Assembly: GCA_963835585.1 (NCBI GenBank)
Contig: CAWIGF010000003.1
Span: forward strand, 281,376-305,375
Direction: 5' to 3'
Origin: an uncultured Candidatus Woesearchaeota archaeon
GTDB lineage: Archaea; Nanobdellota; Nanobdellia; Woesearchaeales; UBA10107
Length of the DNA: 24,000 bases
Both the position numbers and the translations under genes were made by a program. Below, one piece after another: positions 20,728-24,000 of the stretch. Below the pieces are notes generated by a model. It worked only from the letters and a program-made list of their open reading frames with translations, made no database searches and was not told the DNA's origin. Numbering within the stretch: the first letter of the stretch is position 1; every line of letters begins with the position of its first letter.

Positions 20728-21257
20728 GGATATGCTGTGGATTTACTCTCGAAATCCAGTACCTCCTTGAGTTTTGTTTGTAATTCGTAAGCTTCGTAGT
20801 ACATCTTCTCTTCCCATTGCTCTATTTTCCTTCGTATTATATACCTATGAAAAAAATCCCTCATTTTCCTCCTGAATGGCGTCTGATCCCATCTGCCGTT
20901 GCCTTTTTCCTGCTTCTTCCAATCCATCTCTATTGACGGAAACAAGTCAATCCTTATCATGCTTGCCTTTTTCTTTTTCTTTTTCTCCCCATTCTCGATG
21001 ACCTCGACGTCTTCGACATTATTCCCCTTTATTTTTATCTCCATGGCGTTTCTGACATAATTTGTCTCCTCGCGCTCGCCAAGAGCCTCGTATTCCATCT
21101 CATATCCGTACGTTCCTATCTTCGACACGTTCTTTGTCTCGTAGAAATCGTATTTCTTCTCCCTGAAAAAATCAAGAAACGTGTTGTATAGCCTCTCCCA
21201 ATCGAAAATGCCCTCATATTTTATCCTGACCACTCCAAGGTTTCGCTTATCGTTCAT
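20706..21257 (-). CDS. Hypothetical protein, 183 aa; paralog of the downstream gene
   Basis: Start moved from 21281 to M9 (MNDKRNLGVVRIKYEGIFD...). TATA TATTTATAA abuts the 21281 ATG. The new N-terminus aligns with the paralog's MAQRKILISDLTIEYEGLFD. Confidence 0.6.
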   Translation of the reverse strand: MNDKRNLGVVRIKYEGIFDWERLYNTFLDFFREKKYDFYETKNVSKIGTYGYEMEYEALGEREETNYVRNAMEIKIKGNNVEDVEVIENGEKKKKKKASMIRIDLFPSIEMDWKKQEKGNGRWDQTPFRRKMRDFFHRYIIRRKIEQWEEKMYYEAYELQTKLKEVLDFESKSTAYPWRKGRY

Positions 21258-21317
21258 TACCAAGGAAATCGGCACTGGCATTTATAAATATTGTCGTGTT
21301 TTTGGCCGGAAAGAAAT

Positions 21318-21848
21318 TCAGCGAACGCAGTTCATGCACACAAGGACATCTTTCTGTGGCACTAGCCGCTTGGAGTAGTTTCCGCACTGCTGGCAGATGC
21401 CGTCGTTTCCAGATAGCTTGCTTTCCTGTTCTCTTACTGTTATATTGTCAACTATTAACTCGAACAACTCAGGTTCGATTTTAAGGACATCCTTAAGCGT
21501 AAGTATTCCAATCATCTTTTTTCCATTCATTACGGGAAGCTGCTTGATGTCCTTCTCCATCATAAGAGTTACCGCATCAAATATGTCTTTCTCAGGACTT
21601 ATTGTGATTAATTTTGTGGCCATGTGCTTGTCAACGGTTGTCTTTTTCGGATCGATCCCTTTCGCAATTATCTCATGAACAATATCTTCATCAGTTATGA
21701 TTCCTTTCAAGGAATTTCCTTCCTGTATCAGTAGGCTTCCGACACTTTCCTTGCTCATCAGTTTGGCGCATTCTTGGATTGTCGCATTATGCGAAACTGT
21801 TACGGGCATGCTTGTCATAGCATCGCACACTTTGTATCCTGTTTTCAT
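21318..21848 (-). CDS. CBS-domain pair protein with C-terminal CxxC...CxxC zinc ribbon
   Basis: Two CBS repeats (VTVSHNATIQECAKLM...SLLI and ITISPEKDIFDAVTLMMEKDIKQLPVM...GILT). The C-terminus is CQQCGNYSKRLVPQKDVLVCMNCV. Confidence 0.8.
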   Translation of the reverse strand: MKTGYKVCDAMTSMPVTVSHNATIQECAKLMSKESVGSLLIQEGNSLKGIITDEDIVHEIIAKGIDPKKTTVDKHMATKLITISPEKDIFDAVTLMMEKDIKQLPVMNGKKMIGILTLKDVLKIEPELFELIVDNITVREQESKLSGNDGICQQCGNYSKRLVPQKDVLVCMNCVR

Positions 21849-21901
21849 AGTACTTGGTAAGTGATTAAATCTTATAAAATTATAGTATATATTTTTAGAA
21901 A

Positions 21902-23797
21902 TTAATTGATAAGGACTTCAACGTCTTTTCCGAACAGCTCCTTGAGATTCTCAAAGATGCCCTGCTTGACGAATACCTTGTTGTTTACCTTTGCGCTTGC
22001 AATGAATTTTTCAAGTTCTTCAATGCTTGATGCCTCGACTGTACCAAGGCTTCCATCCTTGTTTATAGCCGCTCTTTGTATTTCTTTTTCCTTAGCGTCA
22101 ATATCATATGTGATGAATGCGACATCGTCAAAGAGCAGTATCTCCCCATATTTCTCCCCATATTTAACGCGTATCTTTGCCCGCTCTATTTCCTGGCCTC
22201 GCCTTCTCTGTATGTATTCAATCAGGATTCTGTTGAATTCTCTGCCTTCTTTTGCCACTTTCTCTATGTCTACCTTTGAAAGCGTCGCAAGCCTTTTTTT
22301 GGCGGCGAGAATCTCATTCAGTTTTCTTCCATACCTTTGAGGTATTTTTCCCTTGTCGACAAGTTCCGATTTGAATATCTTCAATACATCATCCTCTGGA
22401 ATTTTTTTGATTCCTTCGATGATTAATGCGTCCCGGACAATGCTTATCGTGCTGTCATGAACTTCAAGAATGCTTTCTCTTAATTTCTTTGTCTCGATTT
22501 GCTCGAACAGCTTTTGGATTCGCTTCAAGTAATCTTCCGTGTCCCGCAGCAAATCATCAATCTCCTTTCCTGTGATCTCCTTTATTTTCCCGTGTTCAAG
22601 GTCTTTGTAATAAGTTCGGATGCGCTGCAATATTTCGATATATTTCTTCTCCAGCATTTTTTCCTTTTTCACGAAAATCTCTTCCATGATCTGGATGGTC
22701 TCTTTCGGTGTTGGAGGAGGCACGCCGTAAAGCATGAGCGCTGCCTGGCTCGGGTTCAAAGTGGACCAGTATATTTCAGTGCCCACAAGATCCTTCAGTT
22801 TGTCCTTTACCCTGAATATGACTTGCTCTCCTGAACTCATGAACAGATCGATTGCTTCCTTGCTTGGCCTTATTCTCCCCATCTGAAGCAACTGCTTCCA
22901 TGGCATGAAAATTCCCCTGTCAAACAATGGAACTCCGTCCCTCAAAAGCGTGTAGAAGACTGGGTTTGCTTCTCTCAGACCTTCCCAGAAATCAGTCAAG
23001 ATGTATGTCTGGATGTGGAATTGTTTCCTAACTCCTGTTATTTGTGCCGCTTCATAGCTCATGCTGTATATTATCGACCTTAGCTTGTCCTTGAGCTCTG
23101 CTCGCGACATTCGTTTGACATCAGTGTCATCAATGATGATGTACGTGTCGATGTCATTCGATTTTTCTCCCCTGAATAAAGTTCCCGCTCCCGCATAGGC
23201 AACAATGTATTTTTCGAACTTCTCAAGGACCATGCGTTTGTGCACTTCAGATACCTTGAACGCGCCAATGACATCGCGAGGATCGTATACAGGTTGTGAT
23301 TGCGCTATAGTTTCAAGGACATCATACTTTCCATCCTCGCAGTTTGTCTTCACTTCAGTTATGAGGTGGATCTCGACGGAAAGATTCGCATCAACTTCTT
23401 TTGCCTGCTCAGTTATTATCTTTGATAATTTGTCAAGGAGTTCTTCCTTGCTCATCTTCGATGATTCGTTGTCATCGATAAGGACAAATACGTTAATTTG
23501 ATTCTTCAGCTTCTCTTCCTCTTCTTTCGTGAGCGTCTTTTTTTCTGTCTCTAACCTCTTTTTTTCTGCTTCGATATTTTTTGGTGGAAGCAATGCTATG
23601 CCAAGAATATATTTGTTGAATTTTTCAAGAACTTTTTTCTGGAACTTCTCTACTTTCTGCTGTATCGCCTTAAGTTTTTCCTTTACTTCCGGAGGAAGCT
23701 TGTTGAACTCCTGGACCAGTGGATCTTCTTGTTTCTCTTCTTTTTTAGCAGACTTGTTATTTTTCTTTCCTTTAGAAGATTTTTTCATATATTTCAT
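21902..23797 (-). CDS. Large (about 630 aa) protein with tandem nucleotidyltransferase-like domains (first degenerate, second with an intact motif)
   Basis: AYAGAGTLFRGEKSNDIDTYIIIDDTD is a pol-beta NTase G-x-x-x-RG...DxD motif. An earlier ILGIALLPP...INVFVLIDDNES resembles the same fold but lacks the Gly/Ser motif. Start moved to MKYMKKSS (23797, or 23788), because the upstream codons overlap the PIN gene and its TATA. Confidence 0.6.
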   Translation of the reverse strand: MKYMKKSSKGKKNNKSAKKEEKQEDPLVQEFNKLPPEVKEKLKAIQQKVEKFQKKVLEKFNKYILGIALLPPKNIEAEKKRLETEKKTLTKEEEEKLKNQINVFVLIDDNESSKMSKEELLDKLSKIITEQAKEVDANLSVEIHLITEVKTNCEDGKYDVLETIAQSQPVYDPRDVIGAFKVSEVHKRMVLEKFEKYIVAYAGAGTLFRGEKSNDIDTYIIIDDTDVKRMSRAELKDKLRSIIYSMSYEAAQITGVRKQFHIQTYILTDFWEGLREANPVFYTLLRDGVPLFDRGIFMPWKQLLQMGRIRPSKEAIDLFMSSGEQVIFRVKDKLKDLVGTEIYWSTLNPSQAALMLYGVPPPTPKETIQIMEEIFVKKEKMLEKKYIEILQRIRTYYKDLEHGKIKEITGKEIDDLLRDTEDYLKRIQKLFEQIETKKLRESILEVHDSTISIVRDALIIEGIKKIPEDDVLKIFKSELVDKGKIPQRYGRKLNEILAAKKRLATLSKVDIEKVAKEGREFNRILIEYIQRRRGQEIERAKIRVKYGEKYGEILLFDDVAFITYDIDAKEKEIQRAAINKDGSLGTVEASSIEELEKFIASAKVNNKVFVKQGIFENLKELFGKDVEVLIN

Positions 23798-23813
23798 AGA
23801 ATAGATAAAGGCT

Positions 23814-24000
23814 TTATAAAGGTTTCCCCAAAGATTTGGAGACAATGATATTATTTTTGGAAAATAAATTTTCAAGTTTTGCCGTGTACAAATGATGCCT
23901 GTCTCTTGTGACTATTTCAGCGTTGTTTTGCAACGCGCATGCAGCGAGCACCGCGTCGCTCGGATCAGAAATTACTTTCAATAAATCAACGCTGATAGAT
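23814..24000 (-). CDS. PIN-domain (VapC-like) protein, C-terminal 61 codons; gene continues beyond the right edge
   Basis: My own minus-strand translation from 23999: SISVDLLKVISDPSDAVLAACALQNNAEIVTRDRHHLYTAKLENLF...GKPL*. The segment D-x-x-L-A-A-x-A-x-x-x-x-A-x-I-V-T-R-D is the typical PIN C-terminal acidic-residue region. Stop TAA at 23814-23816. Confidence 0.55.
   Translation of the reverse strand, partial: SISVDLLKVISDPSDAVLAACALQNNAEIVTRDRHHLYTAKLENLFSKNNIIVSKSLGKPL

Overview
AT-rich, gene-dense window, almost all genes on the minus strand. I read it as archaeal. Two tRNA genes carry insertions at non-canonical positions. TATA-like boxes (TTTATATA/TTTATAAA) sit about 25-35 nt upstream of many ATGs, implying leaderless mRNAs. 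A surface protein is sequon-saturated and anchored by a C-terminal TM helix. A small-genome, DPANN-like lineage is my guess only. Content, left to right: (1) a GT-C plus GT2 glycosyltransferase pair. (2) An ~820-bp gene-free, GC-enriched island with two paralogous ~105-nt units. (3) A small accessory islet around tRNA-Ser: an MNT/HEPN pair, an RHH pair and two small unknown ORFs. (4) A kinase-like protein, an AI-2E transporter and a bPH membrane protein. (5) An intron-containing tRNA-Val overlapped by a free-standing LAGLIDADG endonuclease gene. (6) A tightly packed surface operon: a secreted beta-rich protein, a 1739-aa mosaic PKD/Fn3/5-residue-repeat giant protein, and a 232-aa unknown. (7) An atypical tRNA beside a two-insert tRNA-Leu. 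(8) Tandem paralogs of unknown function, a CBS/zinc-ribbon protein, a double nucleotidyltransferase-domain protein and a truncated PIN-domain gene. The items most worth follow-up are the surface operon with its porin-like partner, the non-coding repeat island, the unusual tRNA set and a recurrent promoter-like module with orphan copies. All product calls come from motifs I recognised by eye; no database search was possible.
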